Below are positions 27,120 to 36,125 of a stretch of 45,021 nucleotides of DNA, one piece after another (the stretch's first letter is position 1; every line of letters starts with the position of its first letter). The translations under genes and the position numbers were made by a program. The DNA is from a virus (lineage: Duplodnaviria; Caudoviricetes), in IMG/VR virus record IMGVR_UViG_3300005805_003838, positions 1-45,021 of that record; one strand, written 5' to 3'. A model generated the notes under the pieces. The model was not told where the DNA came from. It saw only the letters and a list, made by a program, of their open reading frames with translations, and ran no database searches.

Positions 27120-27546
27120 TCGTAAATTTCCGCCACTCTATTGCGCTTTTGATATCATAACCTCTCTTATGAATACACTTCATGATTTCCATAATCACTT
27201 CTACTTTTTCTTCTAGAATGGCTATTCTAGTGTCAATCTTAAGAAGATGTTCATCTGCATCGATATATCCCTGCACCTCATTCTTCAATACCTTTTGAAG
27301 AAAGGGAGGACGATCGAGCTTTTCGAGATCTTCTGGATTGTTAAGATGACCTAGATAATAGTCCCGAAGATTATTGTATCGTGACTTTTTCTGGATCATA
27401 ATAAGCCTGAGCTGGCTTCTCGTTTCCGACAACAAACGATTATATTTGGCGTGAAGAGACGATATCGCTAAGGAGTTAGTGTCCAACGCAAGATCGTCGT
27501 ACTTGGCGTCGTTTTCCCACATTTCGTAGATTTCTTCAAGTTTCAT
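27109..27546 (-). CDS. uvsY: UvsY recombination mediator
   Basis: LHAKY, YIDAD and RGYDIKSAIEWRKF motifs. Confidence 0.93.
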   Translation of the reverse strand: MKLEEIYEMWENDAKYDDLALDTNSLAISSLHAKYNRLLSETRSQLRLIMIQKKSRYNNLRDYYLGHLNNPEDLEKLDRPPFLQKVLKNEVQGYIDADEHLLKIDTRIAILEEKVEVIMEIMKCIHKRGYDIKSAIEWRKFTNGF

Positions 27547-27552
27547 TTTATA

Positions 27553-27581
27553 ATGATACCACGAATTAATTAGATTGTCAA
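27553..27581 (-). promoter_or_regulatory. Sigma70-type promoter for uvsY (leaderless)
   Basis: TTGACA-17 bp-TATCAT with extended TG; 6 nt between the -10 box and the ATG. Confidence 0.75.
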
Positions 27582-27595
27582 GATCAATATTAGCC

Positions 27596-27624
27596 TTGAC
27601 AACTCAGAGTTTGAGTGATATAAT
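27596..27624 (+). promoter_or_regulatory. Perfect sigma70 promoter divergent from uvsY and antisense to genes 3/23
   Basis: TTGACA-actcagagtttgagtga-TATAAT (17 bp spacer, extended TG); no substantial plus-strand ORF follows. Confidence 0.7.
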
Positions 27625-27646
27625 AGAGATGTGATAAACGGTAATA

Positions 27647-28192
27647 CTACGTTTCGAGAACATACTTACGATAGCGGAACGTAACAGATGCTTCCAAATA
27701 CTCCAGCGTAGTATTCGTAGAATCAAAGTTCAATTCTGTTAATCCAATCGGAAATAGATCATAAAAGAATATATTCTTATTCACGTTCTTATTACTGGAT
27801 AAGATCGATAGAACTGCGTCGGATACGAATGTAGCCGCAGCGCCTGCAGGGCGATAGAGTGGCATATCTTTACGAATTTGATTTGCAAGATCCGTAGTTT
27901 GTTTAAGGCTTTCGGGATGTCCCATACCTTCAATCCAAGACTGAATCTCAAAATAGTTCACTAGATCTTCGTCCACTTTAAATCTAATCACTAGTGGATC
28001 GTATGTAATTCTATCACCAACACGAGGAATAAAGGCTAATGGCGTAGGAACTTCAATCACTCCGATTGATACCGAAGGAATAGCTACAGCCTGACAAAAG
28101 TAATTAACATTAGGCATTCTTTTCACAGAAAAACGAAATCCGTTCTGTGCAAGAAAATTGATATTCGTAGGTTGATTATCTAATGCGCTCAT
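27647..28192 (-). CDS. 3: Tail completion/tube terminator protein gp3-like
   Basis: NFLAQNGFRF..NYFCQ...GDRITYDPL..F.VDED..NY; sits between gene 23 and uvsY as in T4-like marine/soil phages. Confidence 0.8.
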   Translation of the reverse strand: MSALDNQPTNINFLAQNGFRFSVKRMPNVNYFCQAVAIPSVSIGVIEVPTPLAFIPRVGDRITYDPLVIRFKVDEDLVNYFEIQSWIEGMGHPESLKQTTDLANQIRKDMPLYRPAGAAATFVSDAVLSILSSNKNVNKNIFFYDLFPIGLTELNFDSTNTTLEYLEASVTFRYRKYVLET

Positions 28193-28197
28193 ATCAC

Positions 28198-28204
28198 TAT
28201 TTAG
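28198..28204 (-). promoter_or_regulatory. Late promoter variant CTAAATA just upstream of gene 3
   Basis: CTAAATA with 5 nt to the ATG, directly after the gp23 terminator. Confidence 0.55.
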
Positions 28205-28206
28205 TC

Positions 28207-28234
28207 AATAAAAAGGGGAGCATTTCTGCTCCCC
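28207..28234 (-). terminator. Rho-independent terminator after gene 23
   Basis: GGGGAGCA-gaaaa-TGCTCCCC followed by TTTTTATT. Confidence 0.85.
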
Positions 28235-28291
28235 AGTTTGCGGCTTGAAACCGTCTTGTATTGCCCCGCGTTTGAATCAGCGGGGTTTTGA

Positions 28292-29692
28292 TTACATCAA
28301 GTTGGTTACTGCTACGAAGCGGTAATACGTGTTGTAACCCTTGGTGTTCGGATTACCGATAGCACCATCAGCTGAAGACGTTGCGAATGGGTTGGCTACC
28401 ATGCCGTAACGTGTCTTGAAGCCGATCTTTGGCTGGAACGAATCCTGACCGATAGCGCGAACCATCTGGAGAGGAACGTATGGGCAATAGAACAGACCAG
28501 CATCAAAAGCTGAAGCGCCTTTGTAGCCGAGTGTGAAATACTGCTTTCCTGTTGCTGAAGTGAAGTATGGGTCGATGTAGACCTTGATACGACCATTCAG
28601 AACACCAGCGAAAGTGTTACCCGTGTCATCAACATTCAAGTTGTTGGCCAGAGCAGGAGTGTAGTCGAGAACGCCAGCCATTTGAAGAGCTGAAGCAACA
28701 TCGGATCCGCAGATCAGGATGTTACCCTTGCCGCGACGAGTTGCCTTAGCAATTTGGTTAGATTCGCGCTCGATCTGGAAAAGCAGACCTTTGAACTTCT
28801 CAACCATCCAACGACCATTTGAGTCAACGTCCAGATTGAACGTTCCTGCGGTTGTTGTATTTTCCGTGGCACCTGCTGTAGCAGTGTAGTTGATTGTACG
28901 AACAACTTCACGATTGATTTCCGCGAGGATTTCAGCAGCGAGGATGTTTGACAGTTCCGTCTCAGCGTCCAGACCATGAATGGCCTTAAGATCCTGAGCG
29001 AGTTCCATCGTGTACTCAGCCTTCAGAGCACGAGAAACAGCTGTAACAGCTACCTTCTCGATCGAGAAAGCCATTTCCTGGAAGTTGTTAGTGCCAGTCG
29101 AATCACCGAGGCGTTCAGCCTGGTTACGAGTCATACCAGTCGAAACGGTATACGAAGAAGTCGCAGCATCACCCGTACGAGCCGTAGGATCGTTCGATGA
29201 CTGTGTGCGACCAGTCGTAGAGTTACCTACAACGAGACGTGAAGCAGTGTTACCTGCAGCCGAACCAGAGAATGTGGTGTTGGCTTCGTTGAAGAGAGCT
29301 TCCGTTCCGCTCTGTGAAGTGAAACGCGAACGCATTGCGAAGATAAGTCCGGTAGGACCAGTCATTGGCTGAACGCCGCAGATATCGTAAGCAATGAGGT
29401 TAGGCATTGAACGACGAACCAGCGAAATAAGAACTGGATCGAAAGTATCTACAGAACCGTCACCAGCTGTTGAACTCGAAGAGTTCATTGCGTTGGTTGG
29501 AGCAGCTTCGCCGAGCAGACCAGGAGCGCGATAGCCGCCTGAACCGAATCCGTCTTCACGAGCAGCTCTCTCCTGGTTTTCCAGAAGCTGTGCAACTACG
29601 CTACGCTTGTGTGTATCCTTAATGGGAGCCAGATCAGGATGTTCCAGGACTGGCTGCCACTTCTTCTGAACAGTTTCATTCAGAGATTGCAT
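28292..29692 (-). CDS. 23: Major capsid protein gp23
   Basis: LLENQE, DPVLISLVRRSMPNLIAYDICGVQPMTGPTG, SRALKAEYTMELAQDLKAIHGLDAE and FQPKIGFKTRYG. Confidence 0.99.
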   Translation of the reverse strand: MQSLNETVQKKWQPVLEHPDLAPIKDTHKRSVVAQLLENQERAAREDGFGSGGYRAPGLLGEAAPTNAMNSSSSTAGDGSVDTFDPVLISLVRRSMPNLIAYDICGVQPMTGPTGLIFAMRSRFTSQSGTEALFNEANTTFSGSAAGNTASRLVVGNSTTGRTQSSNDPTARTGDAATSSYTVSTGMTRNQAERLGDSTGTNNFQEMAFSIEKVAVTAVSRALKAEYTMELAQDLKAIHGLDAETELSNILAAEILAEINREVVRTINYTATAGATENTTTAGTFNLDVDSNGRWMVEKFKGLLFQIERESNQIAKATRRGKGNILICGSDVASALQMAGVLDYTPALANNLNVDDTGNTFAGVLNGRIKVYIDPYFTSATGKQYFTLGYKGASAFDAGLFYCPYVPLQMVRAIGQDSFQPKIGFKTRYGMVANPFATSSADGAIGNPNTKGYNTYYRFVAVTNLM

Positions 29693-29718
29693 GTTAATTT
29701 CTCCTATTACGTTTTAAA

Positions 29719-30804
29719 TTACTTTTTGATACCGCGAGTAATCGCAGACATGTAAGCAGCCATTTCAACTGGGACCTGTTTTTCGACGAAATCATCGCCC
29801 ACTGGTTCCTCATCGAGAGTTACGCTTTCGGTCAAAGACCCGGCCGAAGTCTTTGAAGGGAAGTAGCTCTCACGAAGGGTAGCAATCTTCTTCTTGTATG
29901 TATCAACATCTTCGAAGTCGACTGCTTCAGAAAGAGATGACAGCTTTGCTACTTGCGTATCCGCCAGGCCTTCTGAAACTTCTGCAAACGCAAACTCGCG
30001 TTCGAATTCTTTAATCTGAGCAGTAAGCTCAACATTCTTCTCGATCTCTTCGTTGATTGCACTCTCAAGCACTTCTACCTTAGAAGCAAGCTCTTCTGCA
30101 ACATCAACAGCCTCATCGGGAATATCGATGTAATGCTCTTGGAATAGATCCTTGAGACCTGACATGAACGATTCTACGATTTCAGCCTTAAGACCGCGCT
30201 CAATAGCGACGCTATTGTTTTCCATCCACTGCTCAACAACATAATCGAGATACGTATCAACGCGCTCTACGAGCTCTTCGTTCATAGAAGCGGTCTCTTC
30301 GGAAATCGTTGAGTTGACTTGCTCGTCAAGAGCATCAATCTGCTCGTTTACTTTTGCAAGTACAGCTGTTTCAAAAATTTCTGTTGCTTTTGTGAGGAAT
30401 TCTTCAGATACTTCTGTACCAGAAAAAATTGCTTTGATGTCATCAGACACATCAATATCTTCTTTTGTGATCTTTGACATTTTTGCGTTCTTTCCTGAGT
30501 CGTGAGATACTTCAGCGACTGGCTTACTCTTTCTACCATGCATTGAATCATACGCAGAAGAAACGTCCATTTTCTTCATTGATCCAAGTGACTGAACCAT
30601 TGCGTTGATCATACCTACTTTAGTGTAGGGCTTGATGCCTGAACCCTGAGTAGCAGACCCAGACTTATCGCCTGCTTGTGGAGCAGTACCCGGTGATGTT
30701 GCGTTTACTCCGGTAGCATCAGGAACCTCAGCGTTAACGCCGTAGCTCGACTTCTTTGCTTCTTGCACGTCGAGCTTTTCGACGTTAGTGTCCTGAACTG
30801 ACAT
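29719..30804 (-). CDS. 22: Prohead core scaffold protein gp22
   Basis: Acidic coiled coil, IFETAV, YLDYVVEQW.EN and LF.EHYI..P motifs; upstream of gene 23. Confidence 0.92.
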   Translation of the reverse strand: MSVQDTNVEKLDVQEAKKSSYGVNAEVPDATGVNATSPGTAPQAGDKSGSATQGSGIKPYTKVGMINAMVQSLGSMKKMDVSSAYDSMHGRKSKPVAEVSHDSGKNAKMSKITKEDIDVSDDIKAIFSGTEVSEEFLTKATEIFETAVLAKVNEQIDALDEQVNSTISEETASMNEELVERVDTYLDYVVEQWMENNSVAIERGLKAEIVESFMSGLKDLFQEHYIDIPDEAVDVAEELASKVEVLESAINEEIEKNVELTAQIKEFEREFAFAEVSEGLADTQVAKLSSLSEAVDFEDVDTYKKKIATLRESYFPSKTSAGSLTESVTLDEEPVGDDFVEKQVPVEMAAYMSAITRGIKK

Positions 30805-30845
30805 ATTAATATTCTCCCTCAGAGTTATAGAAGATTCTTCTAGTT

Positions 30846-30853
30846 TATTTATA
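30846..30853 (-). promoter_or_regulatory. T4-type late promoter TATAAATA upstream of gene 22
   Basis: Exact motif in the 21-22 intergenic gap. Confidence 0.75.
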
Positions 30854-30866
30854 AAAATGTGTATTA

Positions 30867-31520
30867 TTAAAGTTTATTTAGAAACTTATTAAACGCATTA
30901 AGAAATACTTCTTCTTGATCTTTCTTAGTAGCGAATCCTTCATTAATTTCAAATTTGATCTGAGCAACTTCCTTTTCAACAAGGATGCCATTATCCCAGA
31001 TCCACTCACGACCTTCCATGATTCCATTAGCTAGTGCTTGAGGAGCAGAAGGATCAGCTACGATATCAGCGGCTGTAGCCAAATAGAAGTCCTTTTGAAC
31101 TTCCATGAGTTCGCCTTTTTTAACAAGAGAACCCATACCGCGTGAAGAAAAGCCTAACTTTGCGCCTTCTTTCATCAAATTCTTTACGATATTTCCATAA
31201 GGCGTATCCATGATCTTAACGCGGCCGATGAAGTTATCACCTTCCTGACGCAATGACTTAATCATGTGAGATACGCGCTCGAGATTGATGGTTGGTCCCT
31301 GTGGATGACCAAGCTCACCATAAGCACGATTTTGTTCAACGAATTCACGATTGTAGCGTTTTACTTCGTTTGATAGAGTATCTGTTGGGTACATACGACC
31401 GTTCTTATTCTTAAGATTACCCTGCATGAGGATACCTTCGAGGAAGAACTGCTTTTCGCCTGCTTCATTAGATTCTGTGATGATCTTAAGATCTTCGTTT
31501 ACTTCGCAGATGAGTTTCAT
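30867..31520 (-). CDS. 21: Prohead protease gp21
   Basis: KNKNGRMYP, GELGHP, GFSSRGMGSL and DIVADPSAP motifs. Confidence 0.97.
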   Translation of the reverse strand: MKLICEVNEDLKIITESNEAGEKQFFLEGILMQGNLKNKNGRMYPTDTLSNEVKRYNREFVEQNRAYGELGHPQGPTINLERVSHMIKSLRQEGDNFIGRVKIMDTPYGNIVKNLMKEGAKLGFSSRGMGSLVKKGELMEVQKDFYLATAADIVADPSAPQALANGIMEGREWIWDNGILVEKEVAQIKFEINEGFATKKDQEEVFLNAFNKFLNKL

Positions 31521-31912
31521 TAGTATTCCGAGCCTCCTGCGATTGTAACAGTCTTATGCAGCTTAAGAATGAGAGTTGATGGACCCGATCCAGTCTTAAT
31601 CACGGATACATTAGAAGTCGCTTCCGCGGTTCCGTTATCAACAAGACGAGAATCTGAAAGATCAAAAACATGTTGACCATCAGAAAGAACTAGAATAGTA
31701 TTAGAACCGCGCTTTATTGTCCAGTATGCGTTGTTTCCGATTGACCATTCTGCAGAAATGATATTCAGGCGAGTAACGGTTTCGCCAATAGAATTGGCTC
31801 CCCAGATGTTAACAGTGTCTGTTGCATTGAGCTTAATACCACCGCTGGCATTAAACTTAGCAATAACCCATCCGCCTTTATTTTGTTTGTTTACAACGCC
31901 TTCTGCAGCCAT
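31520..31912 (-). CDS. Hypothetical structural protein
   Basis: Beta-rich 130 aa ORF coupled to its neighbours in the head operon. Confidence 0.7.
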   Translation of the reverse strand: MAAEGVVNKQNKGGWVIAKFNASGGIKLNATDTVNIWGANSIGETVTRLNIISAEWSIGNNAYWTIKRGSNTILVLSDGQHVFDLSDSRLVDNGTAEATSNVSVIKTGSGPSTLILKLHKTVTIAGGSEY

Positions 31913-32490
31913 TACTCATCTCCAGTGGTTTGTTCAACAAAATCCAACATCTTTAAGAATGATTCCGAACTTTCGTTAACGGCTGAGCGGAATATGTGTC
32001 GATTACCAGTATTCAGATTAGCAAATACTTCTTGCATTGCAGTCCAAATCTCTTCGTTTATTTCAATGACGTCACCATTTAGAAGCTCGATCGAAATTGT
32101 ATCATCTTCTGATTCATTTATCACTGGAGCATTAACAAACAACGATTCTCTGAATGGCTTAACGGATGATGCGCCACGAACTGGCTTAAAATCGCCCTGT
32201 GTCTTATCGGCCCGAGTGAGGGGAGTCTTGCCGCCTTTAAATCCAGACTTATCAGCAAGATTCGAAGTTCCTTGCTTGACTGTAGTGCGATCGCCATTTT
32301 CTGGATGGTGATCACCAGTACCCATTTCGCGAGCATTTACAGTGTCGTCTGAACCCTTCTCGGGATATTCTTTATCGCTCTTAGTATGAGCGTCCATGAA
32401 ATCAATCTCTCCTTGAGCGCGGGGCTTCAGCTCCGCAGCTTCAGGATTAGCTTTATCGATAGCCTCACGCAGTTGCTTGAACGTCTTCAT
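31912..32490 (-). CDS. Putative prohead core / internal head protein
   Basis: MKTFKQLRE N-terminus typical of T4-like head-targeted proteins; upstream of gene 21. Confidence 0.65.
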   Translation of the reverse strand: MKTFKQLREAIDKANPEAAELKPRAQGEIDFMDAHTKSDKEYPEKGSDDTVNAREMGTGDHHPENGDRTTVKQGTSNLADKSGFKGGKTPLTRADKTQGDFKPVRGASSVKPFRESLFVNAPVINESEDDTISIELLNGDVIEINEEIWTAMQEVFANLNTGNRHIFRSAVNESSESFLKMLDFVEQTTGDE

Positions 32491-32668
32491 CCGATTCGGT
32501 CTCCTGTTCTGCGGGCTCTTCAGAGCTAAACATATTAGCAGCGATCTCTACACGCTTCAATTCTAGAGCGTCTTGAATTTTAGCAGCCATCGCCGAGTTG
32601 ATAGCATCACGAAACTCGTGTGCGTTTTGATTCGCAGCCGCTTGAATAGCAGTATAAATTTGTTCCAT
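32465..32668 (-). CDS. Small acidic prohead core protein (gp67-like position)
   Basis: F..AI...MA.KI.DALE..R.EIA..MF followed by an acidic tail; GAGGAG SD. Confidence 0.65.
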   Translation of the reverse strand: MEQIYTAIQAAANQNAHEFRDAINSAMAAKIQDALELKRVEIAANMFSSEEPAEQETESDEDVQATA

Positions 32669-32690
32669 AATCACTCCTCTTTTGCGAATC

Positions 32691-32732
32691 TATTTATAAA
32701 ATTCACTATAAAATGTCAGCTGTATATTTATA
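32691..32732 (-). promoter_or_regulatory. Two T4-type late promoters TATAAATA (32691-32698 and 32725-32732)
   Basis: Two exact motifs upstream of the head operon. Confidence 0.7.
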
Positions 32733-32771
32733 GACTACATATTAACGTATAACATGCGGAGTAATTAAGTT

Positions 32772-33929
32772 ATGAATATTGGATTGATTGGTGATCATAT
32801 ATCTGATATATATGTGTACGGAAAAGTTGAAAGAATTTCTCCAGAATCTCCAGCTCCTATTTTTACACATATTCGAACAGAATTGCGTCCAGGCGGGGCA
32901 GGAAACGTCAGAGAAAATTTAAAATCTCTGGGGGCTGAAGTAACATATTATCGTGATCACGTTTCAAGTTTAAAAACTAGATACGTTTGTGATAATCATA
33001 TTATCTTTCGCTCAGATGAAGATGAATTCGTAAACAATGAAAAGACCGTTTACGAATTCGACGATTCAGTCGAATATGTTATACTCAGTGACTATAACAA
33101 AGGATATATTTCAAACCCTTTTAAAACTATACAACAATTAATTGTTGATGGTAAAACTGTAATTGTAGATCCTAAGAAACATTTAAGTAATTATGCTGGA
33201 TCTTCAATCATCAAACTTAACGAAAAAGAATACGCCAGTTATGCGGACGATTTAGAATACACATTAGCAGCCAAAAAATATGTCACTCGCGCGCTCGTGA
33301 TCACGCGAGCGAACAAGAGTACGATAATCGCAACTTCCGAAACAGTAACAGAAATAGAAACACAAGAACATCAAGTCGCGGATGTAACTGGTGCTGGTGA
33401 TGTATTTATAGCAGCTATGACTTACTATCTAGCCAGCGGTGATTCTTTAGAATCAGCGGTTAAGAAAGCTAACAAGTTAGCCTCAATATCGGTAACTAAA
33501 TTCGGAACCTATGTGCTAACTAAAAACGACATCGAATCCATTAATTGCTCCGTTGTATTCACGAACGGGTGCTTCGATATAATCCACAGAGGACATATCG
33601 AGTATCTTAAGAGATCAAGAGCGTTAGGGAATAGGTTAGTCGTTGGGATCAATTCGGACGCAAGCATTCGAAGATTAAAAGGTTTGTGTAGACCTTTCAC
33701 CAAGCAAGAAGATCGTAAGGCTATATTAGAATCGATGAGTTTCGTTGATGAAGTCATTATATTTAACGAAGATACTCCATATGAACTCATAAAACAAGTA
33801 CAGCCAAACATAATAACTAAAGGCGGAGATTATCTCGCAGAGAATGTTGTAGGAAAAGATTTAGCTGAAGTCGTAATAATTCCTTACATCAATGGGTATT
33901 CAACCACAAAAATTATGGGAAACACATGA
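32772..33929 (+). CDS. hldE: Bifunctional heptose 7-phosphate kinase / heptose 1-phosphate adenylyltransferase
   Basis: RISPESPAP, GGAGNV, LSDYNKG and DVTGAGD (PfkB kinase) plus FTNGCFDIIHRGH, KGGDY and GYSTT (nucleotidyltransferase). Confidence 0.93.
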   Translation: MNIGLIGDHISDIYVYGKVERISPESPAPIFTHIRTELRPGGAGNVRENLKSLGAEVTYYRDHVSSLKTRYVCDNHIIFRSDEDEFVNNEKTVYEFDDSVEYVILSDYNKGYISNPFKTIQQLIVDGKTVIVDPKKHLSNYAGSSIIKLNEKEYASYADDLEYTLAAKKYVTRALVITRANKSTIIATSETVTEIETQEHQVADVTGAGDVFIAAMTYYLASGDSLESAVKKANKLASISVTKFGTYVLTKNDIESINCSVVFTNGCFDIIHRGHIEYLKRSRALGNRLVVGINSDASIRRLKGLCRPFTKQEDRKAILESMSFVDEVIIFNEDTPYELIKQVQPNIITKGGDYLAENVVGKDLAEVVIIPYINGYSTTKIMGNT

Positions 33930-34282
33930 ATAATATTGTTGAGAAAGGTTGGGGTCGCGAAATCATATTCGTCAATAACGATATGTACTGCGGCAAGCTT
34001 CTTTGTTTTGATAAAGCTGGTTCAAAAGGTAGTATGCACTTTCACGGCAAAAAGACTGAAACGTGGTACGTTCAGTCTGGTAGATTTTGCGTATGGTATA
34101 TCAATCCCAGCGACGCATCTAGATGTTTCGAAATACTGAACATTGGTGATATATGGACTAATGAAGTTTGTGAACCTCATCAACTAGAAGCATTAGAAGA
34201 CGATTCTGTGATATTTGAAGTATCTACACCAGACGATCCTAAAGATAGCTATCGTATAGAAAAAGGAGATAGCCAATCATGA
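33926..34282 (+). CDS. Cupin-domain sugar isomerase-like protein
   Basis: KGWGRE, SMHFH.KK.ETW, PHQL and EVST..D..DSYR motifs. Confidence 0.8.
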   Translation: MNNIVEKGWGREIIFVNNDMYCGKLLCFDKAGSKGSMHFHGKKTETWYVQSGRFCVWYINPSDASRCFEILNIGDIWTNEVCEPHQLEALEDDSVIFEVSTPDDPKDSYRIEKGDSQS

Positions 34283-34593
34283 AATATATGATTGATATTG
34301 ATGGTACGATATGCACGACAACAATCAACGGTAATTATGAATATGCAGAGCCATTCACTAACAGAATAAAACATTTCAATTCTTTATATGATCAGGGGCA
34401 TGAAATTAATTACTGGACTGCTCGTGGAGGAACCACCAATAAAGATTGGTCCGAATTAACCAAAAAACAATTAGAAAAATGGAAAGTTAAATATACAAGC
34501 GTCAGTTTTAAAAAGCCATCATATGATATTTGGATTGATGATAAAGCGCATAATGTAGAGAGTTATTTTAATGATATTATTAACAGGGTCTAA
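34279..34593 (+). CDS. HAD-family phosphatase (possible heptose bisphosphate phosphatase role)
   Basis: DIDGTI, WTARG and KP..D.WIDDKA motifs. Confidence 0.8.
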   Translation: MKYMIDIDGTICTTTINGNYEYAEPFTNRIKHFNSLYDQGHEINYWTARGGTTNKDWSELTKKQLEKWKVKYTSVSFKKPSYDIWIDDKAHNVESYFNDIINRV

Positions 34594-35353
34594 AGGGTTT
34601 ATTGGGTCTCAATTGATCGATCATTTTTATGACATAGAAATCGATATCTATGAGATTGAACAAGAACAATGCTTCTTTTATTTAAATGCTACACCTTGGG
34701 AAAGAGTGACTAAAATTTATCATCTAGGAGCCATCTCTTCTACCACTGAAACCAATATTGATTTGATATATCGTCACAATATAGACTTCTCGATTAAGCT
34801 ATTTGAAAAAGCTATTGAATATAAAATACCAGTTGTATACGCTTCTTCTGCATCTGTTTATGGTAATAGTACTGAAGCTTCTATACAACCGCTCAATTAC
34901 TATTCTATGTCAAAAGCCACAGTTGATATATTTGTGTCGGATAATATGCACAGATTTGCAAATATTGTTGGGTGCAGATTTTTTAATGTATATGGAAAAG
35001 GTGAAGATCATAAAGGTAGTCAGGCAAGCCCAATTCATCAATTTACTAAACAGGCAAAAGAGACTGGTGTCATTAAGATATTTACAGGATCAGAACATTA
35101 TTATAGAGATTTTGTTTGGGTAGAAGACTGTATTAATTTTATGCTAAAAGAAAGAACTAGCGGGATCTATGATGTTGGTACTGGATTGCCTGTATCATTT
35201 AGAGAAGTGGCTGAATGTGTTGCTAAAAAATATAACGCAAGTATAGAAGAGATACCTTTCCCTAAACATCTGATGGAAAAATATCAATACTATACTTGCG
35301 CTAATAGTTTTAGAGAAGATTTTATTTCAGTCCGAGACTATCTCGAATCTTAG
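34571..35353 (+). CDS. hldD: ADP-L-glycero-D-manno-heptose 6-epimerase
   Basis: TGSKGFIG, HLGAISSTTE, YASSASVYG, Y..SK, RFFNVYG.GE.HKG, RDFV.V.D and YQYYTCA motifs. Confidence 0.9.
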   Translation: MILLTGSKGFIGSQLIDHFYDIEIDIYEIEQEQCFFYLNATPWERVTKIYHLGAISSTTETNIDLIYRHNIDFSIKLFEKAIEYKIPVVYASSASVYGNSTEASIQPLNYYSMSKATVDIFVSDNMHRFANIVGCRFFNVYGKGEDHKGSQASPIHQFTKQAKETGVIKIFTGSEHYYRDFVWVEDCINFMLKERTSGIYDVGTGLPVSFREVAECVAKKYNASIEEIPFPKHLMEKYQYYTCANSFREDFISVRDYLES

Positions 35354-36125
35354 TGGCTGAGATATTATGGATAACTTCATCAAACACTTCCTGTTCAATC
35401 TTGTATCCAACGTCACGTCCGTAAGTAATATTCACGATGTTAGGTACAACTTGAACAGTATACTTTCCGTAGAACTTTGGACCAAGAGCCTTATGAATTC
35501 GCTCTTCTACATCAGCAATATCAAACGGATTACTGTTGTTCCAGTCCTGACAATCACGAATCATAATACATACCTGCCCCGTCTTGGCTAATGCTCGTTC
35601 AAATAATGCTTGATGTCCATCGTGCCACGGTTGCCAACGTCCAAGCATCTGAACAGTAGGCTTACGAGGATCAAATTGTTCTGGCTTTTCTATATTAATA
35701 ATATCATCAACAATGCGTTTAGCCCATTCTTTTGCATTGAAGCTTGTGATACGATAATCATATTTTGAAGGAGCTTCAAACATTTTATTTGTGTCTTCGT
35801 ATCGTCCCTTCTTAATAGTATCCATCCAGATAATATAATCTGCTGTACCACCTTCCGAAAAGATATTTCTTAGCTTTTCTGTAGGACAAATGAACTCGCA
35901 GATAGAAAAGATTCCCAGATTCTTATCTTCGTTGCCGTACTTACCCATACGTTCAGCCTGACGTATGCGACCGGCTTCTGAAAAATCCCAATCATCAAAA
36001 AGCTTACGTACCGAATCGGCATTGTGCCAATTCACAGCTTGATTTCTTGACATGAACTCATCATACATTTCTTGAGCAAGTGTTGTCTTGCCTGAACCCG
36101 GTAATCCCATAATCAAGATTTTCAT
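35322..36125 (-). CDS. cysC: Adenylylsulfate kinase fused to a cytidylyltransferase-like domain
   Basis: MGLPGSGKTT, DWDFS..GRIRQA and FEAP (APS kinase) plus GRWQPWHDGH and ISATKIR (HIGH-type NTase). Confidence 0.8.
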   Translation of the reverse strand: MKILIMGLPGSGKTTLAQEMYDEFMSRNQAVNWHNADSVRKLFDDWDFSEAGRIRQAERMGKYGNEDKNLGIFSICEFICPTEKLRNIFSEGGTADYIIWMDTIKKGRYEDTNKMFEAPSKYDYRITSFNAKEWAKRIVDDIINIEKPEQFDPRKPTVQMLGRWQPWHDGHQALFERALAKTGQVCIMIRDCQDWNNSNPFDIADVEERIHKALGPKFYGKYTVQVVPNIVNITYGRDVGYKIEQEVFDEVIHNISATKIRDSLGLK

